In this document: one piece after another, positions 24,162-32,014 of the stretch
How positions within the stretch are numbered: the first letter of the stretch is position 1
Layout: each line of letters starts with the position of its first letter
IMG/VR virus record: IMGVR_UViG_3300048889_000034
Span: 1 to 32,014 of that record
DNA length: 32,014 nucleotides
Direction: 5' to 3' (one strand)
DNA from: a virus
Lineage: Duplodnaviria > Caudoviricetes
Translations under genes and position numbers: made by a program
Notes under the pieces: generated by a model
Database searches by the model: none
What the model was told of the DNA's origin: nothing
What the model saw: the letters and a program-made list of their open reading frames with translations, nothing else

Positions 24162-25484
24162 CTAGTTGCCGCCGAAGAGTTCAGGTGGGAGGAAGCGACC
24201 GATGACAGCGTGACGCCACCGCGCAGCCGCGGGAGAGCCGGGGGCATCGCCCTCGCGCCTCATTGCCGCAGCCGCCGCGTTGATATCGTCCTGCGAGGGT
24301 CCGGTGATACCGGGCGACTCGACAGCACTGCTGCCACCAGCGGAAGAGTGCACGATGCCAGCGTCCTTCAACGCCTTGTCGCGCTCTTCCAGTCGGACCT
24401 TCTCACGTTCCGCAAGGGCAGTCTCCTGCCTCTCGGCCTCCGCACGCGACATGCCACCCGGTCCAGCGAGTGACCCGCTGCGCGCCTTGACGAACTCGGT
24501 GTAGCCGAGTTCCGCAGCACGCTGCTCGCGTCCCTGTGCGCGAAGCGCCGACATGGCCTCCGTGAGAAGAGGGTTCAGCGCGAGGAACGTGCTGAACTCG
24601 TCGTCGTTGACGTTGACGCTGTCAGGGTACTTCTCCGTCATGAATGACGTGACAGCCGCCCACTTCTTCGACTCAACGTCCTGCGCATATACATCACGCT
24701 GACGCTGTTCCTCCGCAACCGCAAGAGCCTCTTCGCGGGCGACTTCACGATTCGCCTCGGCGAACTCTCTTGCGCTATCTCCATCGAACCCGTTGTCCGT
24801 CACCTTCGCGAGCACCCCCGCGAGGCGGGCCTTGGCCGCATCCAGCGTCGGTCGTGACGCGGGCTGGAACGGCTTGATGGCCGGAGCCGCAGCAGGGACC
24901 GCTGCGGGCGAAGTCGGCTGAACCGTACCCGCGGCCGTGAGGCGTGCAGAAGCCTCTTCGGCGCGCTGGAGCGCGGTCTTCGCCATGTTTGCGAGATGGC
25001 CCGCACCCTTGAGCGCCTCTTCGATGCTGGTGTACTTGCCCATGTACTTCCCGCTCGCGTCCTTGAGGGACTCGAACAGAGTGAGCAGGTTCGCCGCAGC
25101 AGCCGAGTTGGTGTCAGGGGCGTCCGTCTTGGCCGGGGCCACAGGAGCAGGCGCAGTCGCGGGAGCGGGTTGTCCGCTCGTCACGGGCGCAGGCTGTGCA
25201 ACCGGGGCCGGTGCTCCCCCCGCCGCGATGGGTTGTCCACCGGTCGGAGGTGTGTACTTCACGCCGCGGTCCGCGAGGAACGCAGCAATCTTCTCTTCTG
25301 GCTCACCAGCCGCCCGTGCACGTTCGGCGATGATGACCGCCGCCTGTCCGGGCGAAGGCGCGTTGGCGTGAGACCAACCCGCAATCGAGAGGGGCTCGAT
25401 GACTTCCTGCTGAACCAGTGTAGCGGCGAGATGTTTCGTCAGAGCGACTTCAGCCGCGGAGTCGCCCAGCTTTCCATTCGACAT
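24162..25484 (-). CDS. Capsid scaffolding protein (440 aa)
   Basis: Directly upstream of the capsid gene; Pro/Ala linkers, 'GKYMGKYTSIEEALKG' and coiled-coil regions. Confidence 0.75.
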   Translation of the reverse strand: MSNGKLGDSAAEVALTKHLAATLVQQEVIEPLSIAGWSHANAPSPGQAAVIIAERARAAGEPEEKIAAFLADRGVKYTPPTGGQPIAAGGAPAPVAQPAPVTSGQPAPATAPAPVAPAKTDAPDTNSAAAANLLTLFESLKDASGKYMGKYTSIEEALKGAGHLANMAKTALQRAEEASARLTAAGTVQPTSPAAVPAAAPAIKPFQPASRPTLDAAKARLAGVLAKVTDNGFDGDSAREFAEANREVAREEALAVAEEQRQRDVYAQDVESKKWAAVTSFMTEKYPDSVNVNDDEFSTFLALNPLLTEAMSALRAQGREQRAAELGYTEFVKARSGSLAGPGGMSRAEAERQETALAEREKVRLEERDKALKDAGIVHSSAGGSSAVESPGITGPSQDDINAAAAAMRREGDAPGSPAAARWRHAVIGRFLPPELFGGN

Positions 25485-25528
25485 TGCTCTCTCCTATGCC
25501 GGGTCGTCCGGTCGGTGAGATGGTGTCA

Positions 25529-25732
25529 CTACCGCTTCCGACGTTTGCCGGACAGCGGGTTCTTCCTCTCCGAGCCACTGACGTACTCGCCGCCGTGCTC
25601 AGATTCGTTACGCTTCTCACTCATGAAGATGGCTTTCTCCTGCGCGGAGCCGTGCTTCACGATGGGACCGTTGGGGCCGCCGCTATGCAGCTTGCCCTCC
25701 TTTCCTTTCTTGAAGACTTCGCTCGAAGGCAT
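25529..25732 (-). CDS. Small basic protein, 67 aa (DUF6496-like)
   Basis: ATG 1 nt after the upstream stop with GGAGG RBS; 'KEGKLHSGGPNGPIVK...QEKAIFMSE'. Confidence 0.62.
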   Translation of the reverse strand: MPSSEVFKKGKEGKLHSGGPNGPIVKHGSAQEKAIFMSEKRNESEHGGEYVSGSERKNPLSGKRRKR

Positions 25733-25733
25733 G

Positions 25734-26141
25734 TCAGAAGTCCTCCATTGGGTCGTAAGGAGCAGGCATGGCGGGCTGGTCAACGCCCACGATGGGGGCG
25801 ACCTTGCCCGCCTGCCGCTTGAGTTCGTACTGTCGTTCCGGTACCATCCCCGCCATCGCTTCGTGCATGCGCTCGAAGTTGGCTTCGGAGCAGACGGCGG
25901 TGAAGAACTTCAACAGCCCCTCGATGGTGGCCACGCCACCCGCGAGGAAGTCGTCGTTGTACTCGTCCTGCCGCTTCTTGGACCGGTCCAGCCAGAGTTC
26001 GCGCATGGACTCACGCACGTTCTCTAGGTACGGTTTGAACGCGATTTCGTACGCAGGGGACATGAGCACGAACTGAATCATGCTCAAGTCCTGTTCCGTC
26101 AGTGTCCGTGCGTCGAAGAACCGCCTTACATCGTTGGCCAT
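25734..26141 (-). CDS. Hypothetical protein between portal and scaffold (135 aa)
   Basis: Helical protein at a position typical of small head-assembly proteins. Confidence 0.72.
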   Translation of the reverse strand: MANDVRRFFDARTLTEQDLSMIQFVLMSPAYEIAFKPYLENVRESMRELWLDRSKKRQDEYNDDFLAGGVATIEGLLKFFTAVCSEANFERMHEAMAGMVPERQYELKRQAGKVAPIVGVDQPAMPAPYDPMEDF

Positions 26142-26156
26142 GACTGGCCGCCTTTC

Positions 26157-28196
26157 TTACGCCGCCATCTGCGGCAGAGCGTGTGCGATGTTCGGAGCCG
26201 AGAGCATCCCCTGCGCCGAGCCGGGCGGCATGCCCGGAAGCGACTGGAGACCGAGGCTCGCGAGAGCACCCATACCCGCGCCCATCCCGTTCGGCCCGGC
26301 AATCTGGCCAGAGGTCGGGATGTTCTGGAGCGCCGAGGGGATGGAGAGGCCACCGCGGCCAGACTGGCCACGAAGCAGCATCCCGTTGTTCATCTCCAGA
26401 AGCGCCTTCATGCGCGGGTCCTGCGCGAAGATTTCGTTGATGTTCGGCACGTCGAACGCGCGGAAGATGCTCCGCCAGAAGTTCACGACGTTGATTTGGC
26501 CCATGACGGCCTGACCAAGCGGCGTGCCCATCGACTGAAGCAACTGCCCGAGAGCCTGCTGCTGCATGCCCTTCGAGAGACCGACGCTGGCCCCAAGTGC
26601 CCTCGCGGCGTAGTTCGGCGTGAGGTCGTAGCCGGACAGTTGCTCGCGGGAGTTGGGGATGGGAGTCTGCGTGATGGGGTCGAGCAGCGCGCCGTCGCCG
26701 AGAATCAGCACTTCGACCGGAAGGTCGAGGAACTGCTTGTCGAGCGCGACGAACATGTTCGCCATCGGCTCCAGCATCATCTCTTCGTAGATGCGCGACT
26801 CCAGAAGCAGCCGTGTTCCGGCCGCCTCCCGGCGTCCCACGAACTCGCGGGCGGTCTGGCGACTGTCGGCGGATTGGAGTCCAGCGACCACGTCGTCCTG
26901 AATGCCCGAGCCCATGTTGCCAAGCAGGCGCATCTGCGCAATCTTCTGGTCCGCGATGGTCAGGCCCTCCACGTTCTGCTGGACGGGCTGTACCATCTCG
27001 GCCGGATTGCCGTTCACCGGGATGAACTTTCCGGGTCGCGCGTAGAGGTTCTTCGTCACCAGACCAGCCGCGCGGTTGTAGAACCACATGGGGTCGATGA
27101 GAAGGTCCGCAGCGTCGAGCGACTGGTTCAGGTACCGATTCGCGACAATCTGAATCTTCTCCATCACCTCGGCCTTGCCGGGCGCGTAGAAGTAGTGCAT
27201 GTCGGGAGTCGGGGTGAACGCGACGAACGGCTTCATGCCATGGTTGTACGGGTTCGGCTTGTTGCGCATCAGGTAGCGACGGTTCGCCACGGTGATGACG
27301 CGGTCCAGCACGCCATCGGGCGCATACTCGGACGGCACGCGGCCCCACATCTCAAGGATTTCGATGGGGCGCGAGTACTTGTCCATGAAGCGCGCCGTCT
27401 CGTCGTCCATGCCCGTGCGCACTTGGAAGCGCCGCACGCTGGTCGAGATGTAGGCGTTGCCGCTGCCGACTGCACCCTCGGCTTCGAGCCGGGCCAGTTC
27501 CTTCTTGTCGAACGCGCCGATACTCGCGAGGTAGCGAATGTCGTCGAGGTCGAGGAAGTAGCGGCGGATGACCCACTTCATCTTGTCGAGGCGGCTGACC
27601 GTCGGCTGCGGGAAGAAGTCGAGCAAGTCGATGAGCAACGATTCGGGGCCGTCGAACATCGTGATTTGCTGCTTCTTGATGTGCCGGACAATCTTCCCGG
27701 AGAGCGGGGCGCGGTCCACGTACTCGACGACGCGCATGGGCTGGTCTTTCTTCCAGCCAATCTGCAACACCGCGACCCCATAGAGGTCGGCGGAGACGAC
27801 AGTGTCCACCTGCTTCAGGAAGCACTGGTCGTCCTTCATCTGCGCCGAGATGAGGGCCTCGCGCTTGCGCGCGATGGGCATGTCATCGGGGCCGTAGCCG
27901 AGGAAGGAGACGACGGGGTAGTCGTTCAGCGAAGTCGCGACCTTGCGGGCCGCGTCTGCCCAAATCGCGCTGAAGATGAGCGGGATGTGGACGTTGTTCT
28001 TGTGCGGGTGGAACCGGCCGGACCAGTTGCCCCGCCACAGGTCGTACAGCCGCGGCCACTTGGCGCGGATGCCCCAAAAGTGGCGCTCGCTGTACTGCAT
28101 GTTGTCCACGACCATGTTGCAGATTTGGTCGCGGAACGCGATGCCAGTCAGGCGTTGGAAGGTCTGGTCGGTATAGACAGCACCGAATGTGGTCAT
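26157..28196 (-). CDS. Portal protein (679 aa)
   Basis: Size and position; 'LYGVAVLQIGW', 'DFFPQP', 'IEILEMWG', 'NPYNHGMKPF...FYAPG', 'QTARE'; Gly/Met/Pro-rich tail. Confidence 0.88.
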   Translation of the reverse strand: MTTFGAVYTDQTFQRLTGIAFRDQICNMVVDNMQYSERHFWGIRAKWPRLYDLWRGNWSGRFHPHKNNVHIPLIFSAIWADAARKVATSLNDYPVVSFLGYGPDDMPIARKREALISAQMKDDQCFLKQVDTVVSADLYGVAVLQIGWKKDQPMRVVEYVDRAPLSGKIVRHIKKQQITMFDGPESLLIDLLDFFPQPTVSRLDKMKWVIRRYFLDLDDIRYLASIGAFDKKELARLEAEGAVGSGNAYISTSVRRFQVRTGMDDETARFMDKYSRPIEILEMWGRVPSEYAPDGVLDRVITVANRRYLMRNKPNPYNHGMKPFVAFTPTPDMHYFYAPGKAEVMEKIQIVANRYLNQSLDAADLLIDPMWFYNRAAGLVTKNLYARPGKFIPVNGNPAEMVQPVQQNVEGLTIADQKIAQMRLLGNMGSGIQDDVVAGLQSADSRQTAREFVGRREAAGTRLLLESRIYEEMMLEPMANMFVALDKQFLDLPVEVLILGDGALLDPITQTPIPNSREQLSGYDLTPNYAARALGASVGLSKGMQQQALGQLLQSMGTPLGQAVMGQINVVNFWRSIFRAFDVPNINEIFAQDPRMKALLEMNNGMLLRGQSGRGGLSIPSALQNIPTSGQIAGPNGMGAGMGALASLGLQSLPGMPPGSAQGMLSAPNIAHALPQMAA

Positions 28197-28813
28197 GAAG
28201 TCGCCTCAAGCCCCGCCTTGGTCACCCATGACGGGAGTTCTAGCATGCGGAAGCCGCGGGGGCCGACGATGCCGCCGTGTTCGCAGGCGTAGTGGAAGAG
28301 GTCCCGCGTCAGATGAACGTCATCGGCGCAGTAGCCCCATAGTTGAGCCCACCGGCCCGCCTCCGCAAGTTGCTTCGCGTGGGAGCCGTGCTCTATCTTG
28401 CCACGCCCGAGGGACCGTCTGCACACACGGTCGAGCGTCATGTCACCCTTAGTGCCGACAAAGCCCTCGCGAGCCATGACCTTCGCGAGTTCGGTGTACA
28501 TGTCAAGGTGGTGTCGCAGCGCGAGGCGACGACCCACAAGACCTTCGACGCAGGGAACGTCGAACTTCTCACTGGAGTACCCAACGAGAACGTCGGCAGA
28601 TTCGAGATGGCGCGCCGCTGCTTGGATGGTCCAGTCGTCGTAGAAGTACAGCCAGCCGTCTTCTGAGTCCCAAAGGACCAGAGACGACACGCCGCCTTCA
28701 CCACGCCGAAGAGCATCCCACCCTGCGTCGTGCATGCAATCACGGTTGTGGTTGCAGGGGCACAGGTCTTCAGCCAACTTGCGCGTTTCGAGGTCAAAGC
28801 AAATGATGCGCAC
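28193..28813 (-). CDS. RNase H-like / DnaQ-superfamily (DEDDy, YprB-like) exonuclease, 206 aa
   Basis: GTG start at 28813; 'CFDLET', 'LVGYSSEKFDVP', 'HLDM', 'TLDRV...LGRGK', 'YCADDVHLTRDLF'. Confidence 0.8.
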   Translation of the reverse strand: MRIICFDLETRKLAEDLCPCNHNRDCMHDAGWDALRRGEGGVSSLVLWDSEDGWLYFYDDWTIQAAARHLESADVLVGYSSEKFDVPCVEGLVGRRLALRHHLDMYTELAKVMAREGFVGTKGDMTLDRVCRRSLGRGKIEHGSHAKQLAEAGRWAQLWGYCADDVHLTRDLFHYACEHGGIVGPRGFRMLELPSWVTKAGLEATS

Positions 28814-28830
28814 ACACGCACCGCCTTTCG

Positions 28831-29043
28831 TTACTGTTCGTCCGCCTCGATATCGACGGCAATCTTGATGACCGAAGAGACACCGAAGTCGTTCTTCAGT
28901 TCCTCGCTGCCGTCCATGTGGATGAAGCGGTGGTATGTGCTCGCCGGGTAGGGCACGATTTCGTGCGACCGGCAGAGGAAGGTGGAGTTGATGCCGGTGC
29001 CGAGCACCGTGACCTTCAACCCACTCAGTTTCTTCTTGGCCAT
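28831..29043 (-). CDS. Hypothetical protein (70 aa)
   Basis: AGGAG RBS; typical codon usage. Confidence 0.68.
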   Translation of the reverse strand: MAKKKLSGLKVTVLGTGINSTFLCRSHEIVPYPASTYHRFIHMDGSEELKNDFGVSSVIKIAVDIEADEQ

Positions 29044-29051
29044 GGTAGCTC

Positions 29052-30404
29052 CTAGCGGTTGGGGACGAAGCGCAAGTCACCCTGCGCAATCTTCTTCGCC
29101 GCTTCCGGGAGAATCTCGTCTTGGGGACTGCCGAGGTCGAACAGGCCGAGCGTGTACGAGGTGTACACGCCGCCGACCGACGGTGGCGTCACGCCCGTGA
29201 ACTGGACGTAGATGACGGTGCGGTGCTTCGGGAGCGCCGCGTCAGCCGTGCACTGGTCGATGGTGACCGCGATTGCTTGGTTCGTCGCGACTGCACCGAG
29301 GTCGAGCCATCCGCCGTGCTGGTGGGATACGTCCGGCCAGAAGGCCGAAGTCGAGTCCTTGAGCACGATGCTTGCGGAGGACGCCGCATCCGTGATGCTG
29401 TGCGTGTGTGCGTCCTGAATCGGCTGGCAGTCCGAGGCGGTGTGGTTGTGCTGCGAGGACCCACCGGTCGTGACGCCCGACTCACCGTTCGCCGCGGCAC
29501 CCTTGGCCCACTTGCTGTCCATCGCCGTGTAGCGCGACCAGCCAGAGGGGATACCGGCGTTGGTGCCGAGCCATAGCGCGATGACGTTCGTGGGAAGGTC
29601 CGGCGCGCTGGCGAGGATGGCGTTCAGCTTTTTGAACGGCGGCTCACCGTTGCCTGAGTTGATGGTCGTGGTGACCGCTTGGTTCGTCGGCGCAACGCCT
29701 TGGAAGGTAACCGCGTGCGTGTGGCCAAGCGTTGAGGTGGCCGACAGGCCCGTCGTGCCCTTCAAGTTCTGCGCAGTGTCCGGTGCACCCGAGGTGCCCG
29801 TGTGCACGTGCTGGTTCTGCGTGTGCGTGTGGGCGGGGGAGGTGTGCGTGTGGGTGTTCGACCCGCCCGTTGCACCGCCGTTGGCACCGGTAGCGGCCCC
29901 CTTGAGGTATCCATCACCGTTCGTGCGAGACCATCCCGAAGGAAGACTGTCCGACTCGAAGAAGGCGATGCAGCCGTTCGGCAGTGCAGTGGGCGTTCCG
30001 TCGCTCTTTATCCAGATGACCTCCTTGAAGGCAAGGTCATTGGTCGCAGCGTTCACGGTGATGGCGATGCCGTTGTTTGTTCCAACAGTCGCGTTGGAGT
30101 CGGCTTCGTTGTGCCCGTGAGAGTTGCTCGCACCGTTCCCACCGAGGGCACCACCGAGGATTTGGGGCGACACGCTGCCACCCGGCTCGAAGAAGGTGTG
30201 GAAGTGCGCGTCCTGAATCGGCGTGTGCGACGGCGACGTGTGGGTGTGCGTCGTGGCCCCTCGGTCGGTGGTCAGGTCCGTGTCGGCTCCGGCCGCCGCA
30301 CCGAGGATGTACCGCGCGTCGAGGGTCGTCTCACGGGACCACCCCGCAGGAATCGAACCGACCGTCGAGGGCCACGCGATGCAAATACCGCTAGGAACGG
30401 CCAT
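29052..30404 (-). CDS. Tail-collar/needle repeat protein (450 aa, three tandem units with HxH motifs)
   Basis: Three units, each beginning 'P.G.IA.W....IP.GWS', containing 'THTH...H.H...H.H' and ending 'P.K.V..I'. Confidence 0.75.
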   Translation of the reverse strand: MAVPSGICIAWPSTVGSIPAGWSRETTLDARYILGAAAGADTDLTTDRGATTHTHTSPSHTPIQDAHFHTFFEPGGSVSPQILGGALGGNGASNSHGHNEADSNATVGTNNGIAITVNAATNDLAFKEVIWIKSDGTPTALPNGCIAFFESDSLPSGWSRTNGDGYLKGAATGANGGATGGSNTHTHTSPAHTHTQNQHVHTGTSGAPDTAQNLKGTTGLSATSTLGHTHAVTFQGVAPTNQAVTTTINSGNGEPPFKKLNAILASAPDLPTNVIALWLGTNAGIPSGWSRYTAMDSKWAKGAAANGESGVTTGGSSQHNHTASDCQPIQDAHTHSITDAASSASIVLKDSTSAFWPDVSHQHGGWLDLGAVATNQAIAVTIDQCTADAALPKHRTVIYVQFTGVTPPSVGGVYTSYTLGLFDLGSPQDEILPEAAKKIAQGDLRFVPNR

Positions 30405-30738
30405 GATTTCGTCTCCGCTCGGTGCGGAGACGGTGACAGTTGGCGCAGACCAGTTCGCACTTGGCTATTTCTTCCAAGACACGAGTCCACGACGTATGTG
30501 CCGTCAACTGACCGATATTGAAGGACTTCTCACCGCGAACGTGGTCCCAATCCATGCAAACCGCAGGAAACTTGTGACCGCAGTCAGTACAAGGGTGGTC
30601 TTTCAGCACGGCCATCAACTTGTTTCGCTGTGTACGAAGTTTCTTGTACTGAGTGGCTGCTGTCTTTTTCGCCAACTCAGGATTTTGTTCGCGCCAGAGG
30701 CGGGACCATTCGCGCTTTCGCTCAGGTGTTTGCGCCAT
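30391..30738 (-). CDS. HNH endonuclease (115 aa)
   Basis: 'PCTDCG...MDWDHVRGEK...KCELVCANCHRLRT'. Confidence 0.85.
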   Translation of the reverse strand: MAQTPERKREWSRLWREQNPELAKKTAATQYKKLRTQRNKLMAVLKDHPCTDCGHKFPAVCMDWDHVRGEKSFNIGQLTAHTSWTRVLEEIAKCELVCANCHRLRTERRRNHGRS

Positions 30739-30964
30739 TGCGCTGCCCCCGCAGGAAGTCCTGCAACTCGACGAGAGATTGCTGGACCTCCTTCACGAGG
30801 TCGCGGAGGTGGCCCGTCCCCCACGAGTGGGAACGAATGTCGAGTGTGGGCCATGCCCGCTGCCCATCGGTGCGGAGAGTCTCCTGCCGATAGGCGATGT
30901 AGCAGTCTGTCACATCCTCGAAGACTTCGGTGAGGCCGTCCTCGCGAGTGATTGCGATTTTCAC
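30722..30964 (-). CDS. Hypothetical protein (80 aa)
   Basis: GTGA overlap with the upstream stop; typical codon usage. Confidence 0.62.
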   Translation of the reverse strand: MKIAITREDGLTEVFEDVTDCYIAYRQETLRTDGQRAWPTLDIRSHSWGTGHLRDLVKEVQQSLVELQDFLRGQRNGANT

Positions 30965-31194
30965 ATGGCCGCCAGTGCGTCTCGCGCTTGCTGAAGCGCC
31001 GTGATTGCCGTCTGAAGGTCCGCGACGAGCGCATTCTTGGCGATGGTCTGGTTGGAGGCTGTGACCAGCGACCAGATGGACGCGCCGAGGCGGTCGTTGA
31101 ACCAGTCTTCGAGTTGCTGGCGGTTCGCAATCACGCGGTTGACGTTCACGTTGATTACGTCCACCTGTGCCTGCACGTTCGAGGGAAGAGCCAT
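30961..31194 (-). CDS. Hypothetical helical protein (77 aa)
   Basis: GAGG RBS directly after the terL stop. Confidence 0.68.
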   Translation of the reverse strand: MALPSNVQAQVDVINVNVNRVIANRQQLEDWFNDRLGASIWSLVTASNQTIAKNALVADLQTAITALQQARDALAAM

Positions 31195-31201
31195 TGGGTC
31201 C

Positions 31202-32014
31202 TCACACAGGGTCGCGCGGGGCGACCCAGTCGTCGTCGAATCCTATCGGGACCGGGCCACCGTGTTCGGCAGCCTCGCGCATCTCGCGCATTTCGTCGTC
31301 CATCTGAAGGATATCGTCGTCAGTCAGTTTCCGGCTGAACCACTTCAGGTCCTCGTCGCCGGGCTGCACGACGGTGCCATCGCGGGTTGGTATGCCGGGA
31401 TTGTGGATGGGCGGCGACCAGAGTTCAGGGATGAAGCCATCGGTCGCGGCGTCCGCAAGGTCGTCGTGCTCGGTGGCGTTCACTTTGAGAATCTGGTAGA
31501 TGAGTGAGCGGACCGAGTCGGGGACAATCCACTCGTCCTTCTGCGTCTTGTGCAGGAGGATGCGGACGTAGCCCTCGGCCCAATGGCCCGCGGCGGTGCG
31601 GATGCGGCCCTTCTTGTCGGTGTGGCGGTTCAACTGGATGAACTGCTTCTCGTCAAGGTTGAAGCCCGCGCCGCGGAGGATGCCGAGGATGCGGTTCTTG
31701 TAGGTGCCTCGCTTGCCGCCCGGCTCCACTTCGTCCGTGATGGCGCGAATGAAGATGCGGCGACGGCGGAGTTCCATGCAGACCTTGACGAGTTCCTTGT
31801 TGAAGTCCTCTTCGCGCCACTCGTTGCTGTGGCGGATGAGGTCCGTGTCCATATAGAGGACGCCGTTGTCGCGCGGGTCCTTCAGCCAGACCACGATGGC
31901 GTTGTAGTCGCCCTGCCGGACGTTCTCATTGGTCTTGAAGGCCGTGTCGATGTGGATGGTTGCCCACTGCGGGTCGGACACGTCCCAATGGAAGTCGTTG
32001 TACGTGAGGTACAG
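31202..32014 (-). CDS. terL: Terminase large subunit, C-terminal nuclease domain (5' truncated by window)
   Basis: Frame is open to the window edge; RNase H-like 'IHIDTAFK...GDYNAIVVW', 'KKGRI', 'HDDLADA'; upstream of the portal. Confidence 0.85.
   Translation of the reverse strand: MYLTYNDFHWDVSDPQWATIHIDTAFKTNENVRQGDYNAIVVWLKDPRDNGVLYMDTDLIRHSNEWREEDFNKELVKVCMELRRRRIFIRAITDEVEPGGKRGTYKNRILGILRGAGFNLDEKQFIQLNRHTDKKGRIRTAAGHWAEGYVRILLHKTQKDEWIVPDSVRSLIYQILKVNATEHDDLADAATDGFIPELWSPPIHNPGIPTRDGTVVQPGDEDLKWFSRKLTDDDILQMDDEMREMREAAEHGGPVPIGFDDDWVAPRDPV

Larger units (their letters stand above)
1..32014. mobile_element. Tailed dsDNA bacteriophage genome segment (podovirus-like); lifestyle not determinable
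   Basis: Terminase, portal, scaffold, capsid, adaptor, nozzle, ejection proteins and holin on the - strand; PolA, nucleotide enzymes and lysozyme on the + strand. No tape measure, sheath, integrase or host genes seen. Confidence 0.95.

Noticed and set aside
1-32014. CRISPR array, DGR, integrase/att site, T7-like RNA polymerase promoters, alternative genetic code
   Set aside because: No regularly spaced repeats, reverse transcriptase, recombinase or repeated promoter motif seen; all three stop codons terminate well-formed genes in the standard code.

Overview
The window is a GC-rich segment of a tailed dsDNA phage with podovirus-like architecture, made of two convergent arms. The + arm (1-7712) is a replication/nucleotide-metabolism module: a partial AAA_24/Sak4-like ATPase, an SSB-like protein, an HNH-like Zn protein, a family A DNA polymerase with an N-terminal uracil-DNA-glycosylase-like domain, a DUF5664-type dNTP diphosphohydrolase, a T4-type lysozyme, a HAD deoxyribonucleotidase and a DEDDh exonuclease. 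It ends in three unannotated micro-ORFs and a ~300-nt non-coding block with three CCA-terminated structured RNAs (an atypical tRNA-His and two tRNA-like RNAs), then a probably bidirectional terminator. The - arm (32014 to 7769) is the morphogenesis module: partial TerL, a six-gene insert (HNH, triple collar/His-needle protein, RNase H-like exonuclease), portal, scaffold, major capsid, five small disordered proteins with a shared N-terminal motif, a GT-B glycosyltransferase, adaptor, nozzle, tail proteins, three putative ejection proteins and a 3-TM holin. The most notable signals are (i) the MAx[KR][KR]xxP micro-protein array behind the capsid gene, one member of which needs a +1 shift at CCC-CGA; (ii) the CCA-ended tRNA-like RNA cluster; (iii) apparently complete avoidance of GATC and strong avoidance of other restriction-type sites; (iv) a glycosyltransferase inside the virion operon. 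All family assignments come from motif recognition by eye; no searches were run.
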